From Camelus dromedarius (taxonomy: Eukaryota), in NCBI RefSeq assembly GCF_036321535.1, contig NC_087436.1, positions 53,818,001 through 53,882,000 of the forward strand: a stretch of DNA of 64,000 bases. Direction: 5' to 3'. The notes under the pieces are model-generated. The model did no database searches, was not told the DNA's origin, and saw only the letters and a program-made list of their open reading frames with translations. A program made the position numbers and the translations under genes. This document shows, in pieces, positions 48,360 through 60,789 of this stretch; the first letter of the stretch is position 1, and the number at the start of each line of letters is the position of its first letter.

Positions 48360-48895
48360 TCGCAATGTAAAATGGCACAGGCACATTGGAAAATGACTTA
48401 GTTCCCTAAGATAATTAAAACATGTGTCCACAAAAAGACTTACTTGTGAATGTTCACAGCAGCATTATTCATAAGAGCCCCAAACCAGAAAGAATCCAAG
48501 TGTCATCATCCAGTGAAACAAACGGTGGTATATCCATACAACAGAATCCTGCTCAACAACAGCAAAAAGGACTGAGCTATGGTTATACACAACGGCACGC
48601 CTGAGTCTCAGAAACTCTACGCCCAAAGTAATGAGACACAAAGGAATACATACTGCATGAATCCATTTATATGAAGTTCTGGAGCTAGCAAAACTAGACT
48701 GTATTTTTAGAAAGCAGATGAGTGGTTGTCTGGGGCTTGGCATGGGGGGATTATGCCAATGAAAGAATTTTTTTTCGGTGCTGGGGTTGTTCTATATCTT
48801 GAGGTGGAATGATTACATGGTGAATATAATTGTCAAAACACACTTAACTGCGCATTCTAAACGAGTGTATTTTAAATAAATTATACCTCAGAGTT
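48360..48895 (+). mobile_element. Ancient L1 (L1ME/L1MB-like) 3' fragment
   Basis: 'atgtgtccacaaaaagactt...aatgttcacagcagcattattcataa...atactgcatgaatccatttatatgaagttct...aaattatacctca'. Confidence 0.8.
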
Positions 48896-49914
48896 GCTTT
48901 TTTAGAAGTATCTGTTAAAAAGTAGACATTTGTAGTTTTTCTTTAAAATATTACTACTAATTATTACCTTGTTTCTGTAGACAGGTACTACTTTCTAAGT
49001 TTAAAAGACCAATTAAAAATGACTTTTTAGATTATCTGTATGAAATTGGGAATATCTGCACTTTTATATTATTGGTCCGTTTTGATTCCTTCTAAACAGC
49101 CTTCTGGATTATGTGCTATTTTCAGAAAGCTTTTAGAGATTTTTTGAAGTGTATGTTTAAACAGGATTTTCCTGTAGATTTTTGGCAAACTTTGTACTTT
49201 ATTGTTTGAAAAGCATAAATAACAACAGGACAGAATTATTTTCTGGCACATTTTCCTTCTGTCCTGATGCTTCTATGTTAAATAACTTCAGTTCCTGTTG
49301 TTCCTGCTTTTGAACTTAGAAAAACAGACTATCTCTCATCTACCTGAAATAAAGGGAAAACACAAAATACAGGAGAAACCTGGCAGGGCAAAGAGGCTGG
49401 TTTCTATTAGGCTATCACTGAAGACAAAAAACGAGGGAAGTTGATTTCCTGTGTGATGCACACACAGATATTTGAGGTTTACTGAACTACCCAAAATGTA
49501 TGTTCCTTCTAGCCTTCTTTGTTTCCTGCATTGATGGCTGGTTATTTGAAGAACTCATGGTTCAAGATCTCAAAATTTCAGAGCTATTATCTTGTCAAGG
49601 TAAACCTAAATTTGATGAAACCCAAATTAAAGGGAATTGTCCGAAGAAATCAGTATATTGTATGTTTGGCTTGCAAAACATGAATTGAAGTGGTTGAGGA
49701 TGGGTTGTTGGATTTTCTAGGGGGTGAGTTCTGCTTGGAATCCAAGACCAAGCCCCACTGTATTGGCAGACTGCTTATGGCCTAGAGTCATCCTGTCCTC
49801 AGAGAAACAGATCAGATCACAGACAGTTCTAAGCTTCTTAAAGATCAGCTGTAGGCTTTTCTTAATACTGGTCACTAGGTTAAACCACTTCCCTTGGTTT
49901 AGGTAATAAGTAGA

Positions 49915-50110
49915 AATTACACTAGACTTGGAGTTTGACCCAGCGCTGGCCAGCAGTGTGACCTTCGGTAAGATAATTTATGTTTTAAGCCAGTTTCCTC
50001 ATCTGTAAACTAGGGGTATCCACTTGACAGAGTTTTCTGGAAAATGAGATAAAAGGAGGGGCAGTGCTTGGCGTTGTGCCTGGCACATAATAGGCACTTG
50101 GTAAACCTGA
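49915..50110 (+). mobile_element. MIR SINE
   Basis: 'gtgtgaccttcggtaagat...cagtttcctcatctgtaaactaggg...gtgcctggcacataataggcact'. Confidence 0.8.
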
Positions 50111-51279
50111 GTGCATTTCCTTTCTTTGTTGGGTAGCTTCCTGGTTCTGGTCTGTATTACGTGCATATGACTGTATGTCCGGTAGCACCATACTCATTTT
50201 ATACAGTGCTTGAACCGTGAGAGTGAGGCGAGGAGAGTTTGAGGCCACGTGCTAAATGTTTGTTAATTCCTTATACCTTCTGAAATGGAGGTGGGGCCCC
50301 TTCATTTCCTGGCCTGTGTTGGGCGCCTTGCCTTCAGTATGCAGCCACGTGCCTGGAATTGCAGACAGCAGGCTGGGAGGCTGAGAGTAAATCTGATTGG
50401 CGAGGCTCATTACCTTGTGATTGCAGCGAGGGAGAGAGGAGGTGTGATGTGTGAATGGATCTTGATGTGCTATTGAAATCATAACTCAGCAGATTCTTAA
50501 AAGAGAAAGAAAAAAAAAGAAGAGGAAAAAAATCCCCATCTTTGCAACAACATTTTCTTGATATGTTTCTGTGGACACTGTGACGCCAGATAGAGATTCG
50601 GTGCATTTTGCTCCAACATTTTACACTTGAGTCAGAGGAAACACTTCACACAAGGCAAGAAAAATTTTTGTGCCAGGGTAAAGCATTTGTAAAAAGCTTA
50701 ATTATTAAATATATCATCGGTGTTTCTGTTTTGAGTCTAATTCTGGTAGTCTGCATGTGGATAGTGAGCCAGTCCCCAGTTGTGGGTCTAGGCAATTGAA
50801 GAACGGAAGCAATTATCCAGCTAATATAAAGAAATCTGCTAAGGAGGAAAGAAAGGCGCCCCTCACCCTCTCATCAATTACTCCAAATTGGTGTTTATGG
50901 GGAATTAAATTCTTTGATAATTGCCTCTCTTCCTTTGTCTGTTAGTGCCATCATCAGAGGCCTCAAGCGAAAGCCCTGGGAGTATTTCGGCCTCTTCTCT
51001 AAGTCGGGCTGTTGATCTGCCTGTTAAACACCCTCTTGGGTTGGGTAGGGGGTGCTTCAGTGGTGCTTCCAGGCCAGGATTGGTTTTAGTTCCAGGAAAT
51101 TAGTTGACCCTTAAGATATAATATATTGCAAAAATATGCCCACCCCAATTTGCCAACCAGCATTTACTATGCCGGAAATTACGCTGTGGTGGCCTACAGA
51201 TGTCTGGTATTAAAAGTAAGGTATGTCTTGTTTCCAACATGGACTGGTCCAGGGGGAATTTCGGCTCACGTAGGGAGCA

Positions 51280-51500
51280 TTGTGCAGGAGTGTTGCAGAA
51301 CCAGCACTGGATTAGGGGCCAAGGGTGTGGAGCCTAGTCACAGACTCCCACCTTGTAGCTGTATATCATTTTCCAGGCCTCTCACCTGTTCTGGGCCTCG
51401 CTTTTCTCATCTGTAGAGTGTGATAGTAGTAGTTTACTTTCCAGCAAACCTAGGGTTTTTATCAAAAATAAAAATAAATGTGATATTTATAATGATACAT
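51280..51500 (+). mobile_element. MIR SINE
   Basis: 'ctgggcctcgcttttctcatctgtagagtgtgatagtagtag'. Confidence 0.6.
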
Positions 51501-51868
51501 TATAAATGAAGACACATCACAAAGCACTCTTGTGCTTTGATGTGAGATGTTATTGTAGGTAAATTCCATGACTTGGTTTCAGGGCTCACGTTGGAGCAAC
51601 AGCATTTGAAGTCTTCTGAGAGCATACAAGTAATTGGAAAGCTTCAATGTCCCTTTGGTGAGGCTCTTTTAGGACAGCTCAGTATTCCCCAGGACAGACT
51701 CATCTCTATGAATATCATGACTGGACTTTCTTTGGCTTTCTTTTTCCATTGTTTAATCCTCTTAGCTTTGTCCTGTATTTTCAAGCTTTGGGAATAATGG
51801 GAAAACTGGAAGGTTTTTACAAAGAGTGAAAATAAGTTGAAAGACCCCTGTAAAGAGAAAAGAGGTTC

Positions 51869-52060
51869 AAAATTGTAGAATAGACTACACTGTATAGCAC
51901 AGAGAAATATACACAAAATGTTATGATAACTCACAGAGAAAAAAATGTGACAATGAGTGTGTATATGTCCATGAATAACTGAAAAATTGTGCTGAACACT
52001 GGAATTTGACACAACATTGTAAAATGATTATAAATCAATAAAAATGTTAAAAAAAAAAAA
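51869..52060 (+). mobile_element. Young 5'-truncated L1 insertion
   Basis: L1 3'UTR with AATAAA and a pure poly(A); perfect 17-bp TSD aaagagaaaagaggttc at 51852-51868 / 52061-52077. Confidence 0.92.
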
Positions 52061-55000
52061 AAAGAGAAAAGAGGTTCTTTAAAAATGGGCAATGGTAATT
52101 TAAAAATTTCTTTTTTCAGAAGCAACAGACTCAGGAACAGAGTTAAGAAAAAAAAATTGAAGTCAATACCCAGCACTTCCCTTTCTTTACTTAGTGAAAC
52201 ATATGGTGGAGACAGATTTTGTGGTTCCCTGTGCTCTGTCACCGATCACCTGTCGGTGTGCCGTTGGCACCACTGGCTCAATTAAAAGCCTCAGTGACGT
52301 CTTAGAAGCCTAATGGCGCTCTGTTTTATTTTTTCATCCTTCAGGACATGATGAAGTTAATTCCTTTTCAACTCTGAGACATGGCCACTTTTACAAAACA
52401 GGAAAATGAAAGGACTTCTAAAAGTGGGACACAGAATATCCAGTTTGCAGAGTAGACAGTATAGGCCTGTGCTCGGCTGGAGGACGGAAGGCTGGCCATG
52501 GGTTTCATTTAAGAACTCAAGGTAAAAGGACCAGGTGGGAAGTGTAGGGAGCACCTTCAGGGAAATAAATGCCAAAGGGGCTGATTATTATTAGAAAACA
52601 TGGAAATGGCTGGGCCTTGTGGACCGGGGTCCAAGTGCCCTGGTCTTTAAGGAGATGGCGTGAGTGCCTGGCCTCTCTGAGGTCTGCACGGAAGGAGTCC
52701 CTCTTCCTGCCTTGCTCATGTCTCCCCCATCCCTGCCCACTGCCTTCAGAGTAGCGAAATATGTTTACTCTTCAAGGAGCTGAGAAAAAGGCAGACAGCC
52801 GAGGAAGAGACTAATAATTAGGCCTCTTTGGAAGGTGTGAGACAAATTGGCAGCAGGGATGCCCGGGAAAGCACAATGGGTCTTTGTTAGCAACTCAGAA
52901 CAGTAGAGAGCCCGGTGTCCCAGAGCGTCAGGCTTCTGTAGCTGCGGGAGCCTGGCCCTGCCTGTGCCAAGCCGGGCTCTCTAACTGGACCACTGGTACA
53001 CACGAGTGTTTCTTCTCTGCCCGTGTCCCTCCAGAGCATCTATTTGTTTCTGTTACTGCAGTATTCAGAGCTGACCCACTCCCCCAGCCCCCACCCCTCC
53101 TTTGGCTTCTTTCATCCTTCTTGAAGGAAGGCTGGGAAGCAGCTGCTGGCATGTGCGGTGGGCAGTGCTGCATGCTGGCCATCGGAGGATGTCTGTCGGA
53201 GTAGAAGATACCCTTCCTCAGCCCCTTCCCCTTGGCTTTTGATCCCTTCTGCCTCCCAACTGCCAATGGGTTCAGTCCCCTGCCTTTGTCCAGGCGCTGG
53301 ACACAGCACCACCTCCTTGGCTTCCCTTCCCCGTTTGGAAGCCAATGTCACCCCTCCAGCTGGGGAACTGCCAGTTTCTTGTGCACACCACTGGCTTGGT
53401 GGGAAGATGAGGGTGGGGCTTCTGACCGCTGATCGTGGGGAGAGTTGGCCAGGGTGCATGTGTTGTGCCATTGTTGGTTATCTGTAAGGGAACTGCAGGG
53501 ACAAGTGTCTAGAATTAGGTCCAGTGCTCCAGGACCCCCCATTCCTTTTTCCATTTAGACTTTTCTCAACAGAAGCTCCTTTTCGCCTGATTAACTGTAA
53601 CAAACTCTCTTTGGAGTTTTGTGTTTTGGAATCCACGTTGCCAAAGGAGAATCATTATGTCTGTTGTAAAAGCCTCTGATAAATCCCTCCTAGTATAAAT
53701 GGAGGCGAAAGAATAGAAGGCTTTAATCTTTTGCCTTGCCTATTAGTGAAATGCTACTGAGTGACCTAGTTCATCTGCATATTAAATGTGCTAGACCTAT
53801 CTCTGCTTTTTTCTTTTACTTGTTACCTTGGAAACGATGCCCTGGCTCAGAAATTGCTTAAGGCCTGCTGCAAATCTTCAGCATGGCTTCTTCACGCTGA
53901 GAAGGCAGTTAATGGGGAAAGGTTGGATTTTTCCAAAAACGTCTCCAGTGGTTCGTAGAGAAGAGAGGAAGGAGAAAAAGTGAGAGAGATTTTATTCTTG
54001 GAATAGTTCCAGGATACTACTTTTAAATTAACTGCAAGCGGTTTTATCTAGATTTCAAAGGAAAATCTGAGTCTGGCCTCCGATGCCTTGAGACTGCTTT
54101 TAAAGAACTTCCCTGATGCCTTTGGCAGCACCAGCACATGGGAAGACAGCTACCAATTGACACTGCATTCCAGTCCTACCACTAGGGAATCTCGCCTCTC
54201 ACTGCTTTGTTTAAAGCACCGTTCTTCCAGATTGTTTTGTGGCCTCTTAGTTTCTCAGGCCAACTTGTTCAGGAGACTGGGAAGCAAGATTTGAAAATAA
54301 GGTTCAGTCAGCAGCCAGAGAGCAAAACTTGCTTGTTGTCCAAGCTGAATCCGGAGGCTGCATGTCATGGTGCAGCAGTGAACTCTCACTATCTTCTACA
54401 GTCTTACCAGCCAGGTGAGGAGACCGCCCAAAGCATGCCTCTCTTGTGGGCCGAGTCTGGACGGAAAATCAGATTTCTTGACTCCAAGTGTAGGGCTCTT
54501 TCAGCATCAGTCCTGACCTGTTAGAGGTAAAGGCATGTGAAGGAAGTGTAAGAGGAATGCTCTTCTCTTGAGTGAAGCCAGCCACCAGCCACCAGTCAAC
54601 TTGGGAAACTGGACTGGGGAGGCATGACGTCCTCAAATTCTAACTCTCCTCTTCTTGGTATTTGCTGTTAATAGAAGGAATTAGATCCATTCTGGATCCG
54701 TGGGTGCTCTGAGGATAAGTTGTCCGAAGTGTGCCTTGTCATTCAGGGCACATTGGTTCTCTTGGTACCTCCAACTTTCTGAAGTCCTGTATGTCTTGCT
54801 TCACAGCCACCATGGACCCCTAGTACGAGGAGACAAGATGTCCTTTAGGCTTTTTTCTTGAAAACTTGGGATATGGACAAGTTAGCCTGAGGCAATCACA
54901 GCATCTTTAAAAAGAGACTTTAAGCTAGGAAATCGTTTTTTTCGCTAGGACACAGGATTCTGGACATTGGTCACTGACTTTGAACTGGAAAGTCTGCAGG

Positions 55001-55544
55001 TAAAAGGGAAAACCGTGTGTACTTTCTGCTGTGTCTGTTCCTTGTTGATAAATGTTTTCTTACCCGCTGCTTATTTGTGCATTCAGCAGTTACTGAGCTT
55101 GTATTAAGGACCACATACCGTGCAGATGCTTGGGAGGCAGGTCTGAGTGTTATACATCATCTCTGGCTTCAGAAATACTTAGACATACGCCTGTTCAGTA
55201 ACTGGAAAACTTTAAAAAAAGAGATGAGCATTTTGACTGCTTACATTTAATGTGAAGGATTGATTAACTTTTTGTAAGATGGTAGTAGTTCAAACATCCT
55301 TATTATACGAAAAATAATTCAGAAGGTCTTTAGAAGGTCTCACTTCTCATTTTCCTCAAAACAAGTTCAGGTGCCAGAGGGTATACGGGGTTCCACAGCC
55401 TTTGGCTCAGGAGGTTGTTTGAGAGGGGAAGGTGGGGGCGGGGAGGGAGCTGTGGCCAGGAACGGTAGCGTCCCTGAGTCTGCCTGTGTGTAAATACCAC
55501 AAAGACCTGTGACTGTGCAGTGGGTGGGAAAGGGCGTGGGGAAG

Positions 55545-55800
55545 CAGTGCATAATAGTGATATTCCATGCACTTTACTATAACACCTGCCAAGACCTGGG
55601 CCCCTATAGGCACTTTATATGTATCCTCTCACTTATTTCTCTCAACAACCCCGTGATGGTGGTCTGGTTGCCTGTTCCCATATCGCTGATGAGGACACTG
55701 ATGCTGTAAGGACACCAACATGGACAGGCCCTATGGCAGCGTGGTGGAGCAGACCTTAAATCTGGGGCTCTCTGCTGTCCAAGCCCACCTTGCCTTGTCA
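55545..55800 (-). mobile_element. MIR SINE
   Basis: 'ggcactttatatgtatcctctcacttatttctctcaacaaccccgtga...gatgaggacactga'. Confidence 0.7.
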
Positions 55801-57293
55801 GGACCATGCGGCTAACTTTTTTCCTCCTTTTACTCATTAAAATGGGATCTCTGTGGTCCCTAAAGGGGAAACAATCTGAAGGAAAATTGTATTGAGTGTC
55901 AAGAGTAAAAGTGAGAATCAAGGACCAAACTGGTAAAAGGAAGTAGAAGTTAAAGGAATCACATCCATAGCTTTGACTTCCAACTCACTTTGCCTTAATT
56001 ACGTTATTTCATTTGAGCTGAATTTGGGTTAGGGTTGCGGGGGGCATGGTGGGAGGAGGAGCCCGTGAGTTCTGGATAAATACAATATTCCGTGTTCTAG
56101 GTGTTAGTAGGTCTGCCCCTCTTTTTGTACGGTACCAAGAAGTGTGTTTTGCTTTCGTCTCACGTAGGGACTTCATAATTAACGGCAGTAATTTGGCCTC
56201 TTTGGCTACCATGCACACTTCTCTTCATTCTAGGGACTGTGCTTTGATACAGTAAAGCCAACATAATCCCTGCCTTCAGAGAGTTTGCAGGGGATGCATG
56301 ATTACAATATAGTGGGATTAGTGCTGGGGAGGCACCGATAAACGTAGTGTGAATTCATATTTAAACTTTATTGATGTGGAAAACAAGCCAATGGAAAGAT
56401 ATTTTGGACTTCATTTTACAAGGAGCTTGAGGAACTCCTGGAAAAATTGTTTTGCCATTAAGACTTGTGATTTTAAGTTGTGATTTAGTGTTGATCATGG
56501 CGAGATTCTTGTCAGTGAGGCTTCTGTTCAGATCTGTGTGTGGCAGGTCAGCATATGGTGGTTGCCTTCCTGCATTTCCTGTCAGAGTTGCAAGCAAGTC
56601 TCTTCATACTTTTCCATCTTATTTTCTTTGTTAGTGCATGTGTAGGGTGCATTTATTTTCCTTGCAGGTTTGCGTGAATTTGATCCTAGATAGCATCACA
56701 ATTTGAACCAGATTTTAGTGGTAATCACTCAAGGCATCTGAGTCATCCTGGTCAGCAGTTGAGTTTTTCCCTATTGGGCCCCTGAGGGACCTCAGCTTCT
56801 AGTCAGTTTTGTGAAAAATAGTATAATTTGGTTTCATGTGGCAGGTCTCTTAGGCAGAAATCACATTTATAGGCAAGTTTACTGGCTGCGCAGGTTACTT
56901 TGAAATATTTTCAGTGTTTTAAAAAAGATTCAGAAAGTCAGTGGAGCTGAAGGCAAAGGGAAAGAATTATATTTTTCTTTTTAATGTGCAGCAAAATATG
57001 CACTAATGATGCAGTTACAGTCTATGAAGTTAATTCAATAAATACAAAAGTTAATCCATTTTGGACTTTATTGTGTTGTCCTTGTTTGTGGAGTAATGTA
57101 ATTGGGACTGAGTAATTAATACCCTACAGAGGGATTAGCAGTAAGATGGAGATAAAAGAACAAGGAGAAAAGAACCGAGTTGTCTAGAAGACGGGAGTTT
57201 AGAAAGTGCTGAGGCATAGAAATTCCAGAGGGTGATTTTTAGCTTTCCTGACTCTAATTATACATGTTCACATCTACTAGGGATCACCAGCTG

Positions 57294-57337
57294 GGGAATA
57301 CGGGTAAAACGTGTCGGGAATACGGGTAAAACGTGTC
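57294..57337. repeat. Perfect 22-bp tandem duplication
   Basis: gggaatacgggtaaaacgtgtc twice, followed by a degenerate partial third copy. Confidence 0.95.
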
Positions 57338-57971
57338 GGAAATGACGGAGTTCCGAGATGCATCAGCAAGAATGCTGTTCCAGCCGAGCCTCTGGCCTTT
57401 GCCGTGTTATCAAAGGCTTTCTCATCTCCGCAATTTACATGGTTTTGTTATTTTTGTTATGAAAATATCTTTTTGGTCATTATTTCATCTACACAAATCT
57501 TAGAAAACCAGGAGGAGTTCCCCCGAACAAGTACTTGGTTTTATATCAGAGCGTGGTGGGCCTCTCAGGGCCAACAGATTGTTCTGGTTCATTTTTCTTG
57601 CCCCTTTTATTGGCTCTGGAGTGTTTGATGGTCAGCCTGTGCTTCCAGATTGAAGTCATTAACTTTGACCCAAATGAAAGGGATCTGAGAAGAGAAGGAG
57701 GCAGTAGAGGGGAGAAAGTGGAGATAGAGCTGGAATTCCTTGTTTTCCACAGAAATAATTGCAGTTGGGAAAAAACTTTAGGAACCAGATTAGGTGAGCT
57801 TTGTCCTTCTTCTCGGCTCCTGCCCCAGGCAGCAGGGAGGAAGTTCTTTCCATATACTTGGCTGACATTGTAAATTCTCTCAAGTGGCAGGCAGTTTTCT
57901 CCTTTTTGAATTGAAAAATAGGCTTCCATATTAAATTAGTAAAAATTCTGTGGTTTGGCTTTGAAATCAAA

Positions 57972-58330
57972 TCATTTGTTCATAGATGAATTGGACATGA
58001 TTTTTAGTTTGCTTTTCATTGTTTGTCGTCCAGTGTTGTTCATCTTGGCCTTTTTGGCCGTCGTCTTGGTGTTCATGGGTCTGCTCTCTTTGTCTCCTCG
58101 ACTTTGCTCTGGGCGGCCTTGTCCAGGTTGGTGGTCGTGCTGTCCGCCGCTGCTCTGCGCAGGAAGGCTGGAGCAGGTACAGATGGGGCTTCTGGCCTGC
58201 CCTGGAAAGTCTGAGCCCAGGGTGATTTTACCCTCAAAATCTTTCCACCGTTGCCATCAGCGTCAGGGAGGTCAGCGAGACAGCTCGGCCTCACTGGACC
58301 TGAGCAGTCTGGGCCAGGTGGTGTTTCCAT
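57972..58330. other. Unidentified coding-like, CpG-retaining island (possible exon or pseudogene; strand unresolved)
   Basis: Triplet-periodic G/C at one codon position, retained CpGs, no recognisable repeat; see findings. Confidence 0.35.
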
Positions 58331-59250
58331 GGGCCGTTTTCTGGGTCAGATGGACTTGTCTACAGAGCCAGCATCCTCAGCCCCCATCTGCGTGAGCCCG
58401 GTCCTAGTGGGTGGTCACTACCTGTAATATTTCTCAGAGACCTCTGTGTGTAAAGCCTACATCCCAACGTGTATGTTTGCAACTGTGGTGGGCAAGAGCT
58501 TATTTTTCTTACAAAGGGTAATGGAAATTTGTTTCAACCAGTGTTTCTATTTTCTCTGGGCAAAGAGGTAATTTTTTTTTTTCCCTCCTTGAGAAAAACC
58601 TGGAGGGAATCACGAATAGAAAAAATGCTGTTGCGTACTGTTAAAATGTCACAAAGCAGATATCCTAGCCAGGCATCACATAGACATACAAATTCTTTTA
58701 AAGGATGATTTAAACATCCTTTAGGATTTATAGGTTTTTCTTTTTAAAAAAAAATGTTTACCTGGCCTCTAAATACAAAAGTATGAACAATTTTACATAA
58801 ATTCTCACATAAAATTTCACATAATGGTCACATCCAAATTATTTTCCTTTTTATTTTCCTTTTATGTCTGTCTTTCACATTGTTTATGAAGGTCTGACTT
58901 GAATAAACATAACCATGGGAACTTTTGCTTTCTGTAGATAAGCCTGAATGTTGTCCTGATGCTGCATAAAATAGCTAGGATTAGAAGAACTCTTGAAAAG
59001 CAGGATTGGTAATGGGGAGTGATAGCTGTGTGTGAAAGCCTTAATGTTGAAATACATTCTTGTAACGCAATTTTCTTGTCCTCCTTGTTATCTTACAATT
59101 TTAGTGGGAAAACTAATAACAGTGTTATTTCAAAGAAGTAGTTAAAAAATAATCAAATTTAACAGAAAATGGAGCTCTGGCCTTTGGTTAAACATTCATT
59201 TACTCAACTTTCTCTCTCAATGCCTCTCTCCCTCTCTGTCTTTTTTTCAG

Positions 59251-59355
59251 ACAGAACCACGAACCCTTTTTTGCGCAGTTTCAGGGGTTGGTACTAACTC
59301 CTCCTCGGGCTACTGTTGGTTCAGGGTCCAGAGGTTTCACTCGCTCCTGGTTCAG
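59251..59355 (+). other. Candidate 105-nt cassette exon
   Basis: Long polypyrimidine tract ending tttttttcag; donor CAG|GTGTGA; length divisible by 3; two frames open. Confidence 0.4.
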
Positions 59356-60789
59356 GTGTGAAATGCTGCACTGGGGTAGGTTTGCGGAGGTTTGAGAATT
59401 TATCTTCTTCCTCCGATTGAGTTTATGGTGGGTGTGACACAGGAAGAGGAACTTGCATGAAGATGCTGGAGAATGCCAAGATGAAGCCAGGAGTGTGGAG
59501 GGACCAGAACCAGCTTTGGCCCCCTGGAGAATGCCGTACCACTGCGATGTTATGTGACAGTTGATAGTGCCCTTTCTAGGGACCTAGGGAAGCAGCTGTT
59601 CTGCTTCGGCAGCTTTATGGGGGAGAAAAGCCGCCCCCCTCCCCGGCCCAGCACATCTCCTTGTTTTCTGGACATTCATAACTGTATCAGGGATACACCG
59701 AGGACAGTGTGGTATGATGTGGGGCATACACAGATGGAAAACAGACCATCCTCATCCTCTAGTAGCTTTCAGCTGGTGGGTGTGTCGGGGGAGGTGAGCC
59801 TTAAGGATGTGCTATATTCGGGTTAGAGGAAAGGATTCCTGAGATGATTGGAGGAGGTGAGATCTTACACCAGATCTGGAAGGAAGGAGGTGCCACTATC
59901 CACCTGAGAAACTGATACAGAAACAATTTGCTGTTTCTTCCGTAGTCTGATGGGTCCATGACAGAGGGAAGGGCTCCCTTGCTCAAAGGGAGGACTTGGG
60001 ATGAGTGTCCGGATGCGGGTGGAGGTGTAGTTCTGTTTGCTCCTGTGGATGCAGTGTGCCTGCAGGACCCTTTTGTCAGTGCTTGTCTCATCCTGTGCCT
60101 CAGCAGTCCTGTCTTGTCCACGTAACTTCACATTACTCTGAAGTGAATTTTTAAAAACTCAAATCCATTGGGTACGGATTTTCTAAATAAAGGGGAAATT
60201 CTTCTCAGCTTTCAAACAAGGGAAGGGACTGTGGCTCTTTTGTTTGTATCCTATCCCCAAAGCCCAGCACAGGGTTTGGCTTATAATAAATGCTAATAAA
60301 TACCAGTAGAAAGAAGGGGAAAAGTCTAGGGGTTATTATTTGGGAAAGAGCTAAGAGGGGAATTCATTTTTGAGGAGAGAAACTGAATATAATTTCAGGA
60401 TTATTTTCTCCTCAAGTGTAAGCATTTGGGGGGACTGTGGATAAACTTCCTTTGCAGGTGGGGTTGCTCCGCAGGGATGAAGGGGGTGGGATTCTCAGCT
60501 CATGTTCCAAGTTCATGTCTCGAGGGGAGGCTCAGTGAGACTAGGGGCTGCCTCCTGACCACACACCTTTGCATAATTGATTAACTCTGCATAGCTGTTT
60601 GCATTTCTTTTCCTAAAATAAATATCATTTTCTAATGAACTCTCCAGAACTAATAAGTGCCAAAACCCAGGATGTGTGTTGAATCTTGTGATCTGATACA
60701 ATACATCCACAAAAGCTACAGTGTGTGATCTTGAATCTCAGGGCATTCTTAGTTCCCGAGGTGGTAAACGGGCCTCTGAAAAAGCTAGT

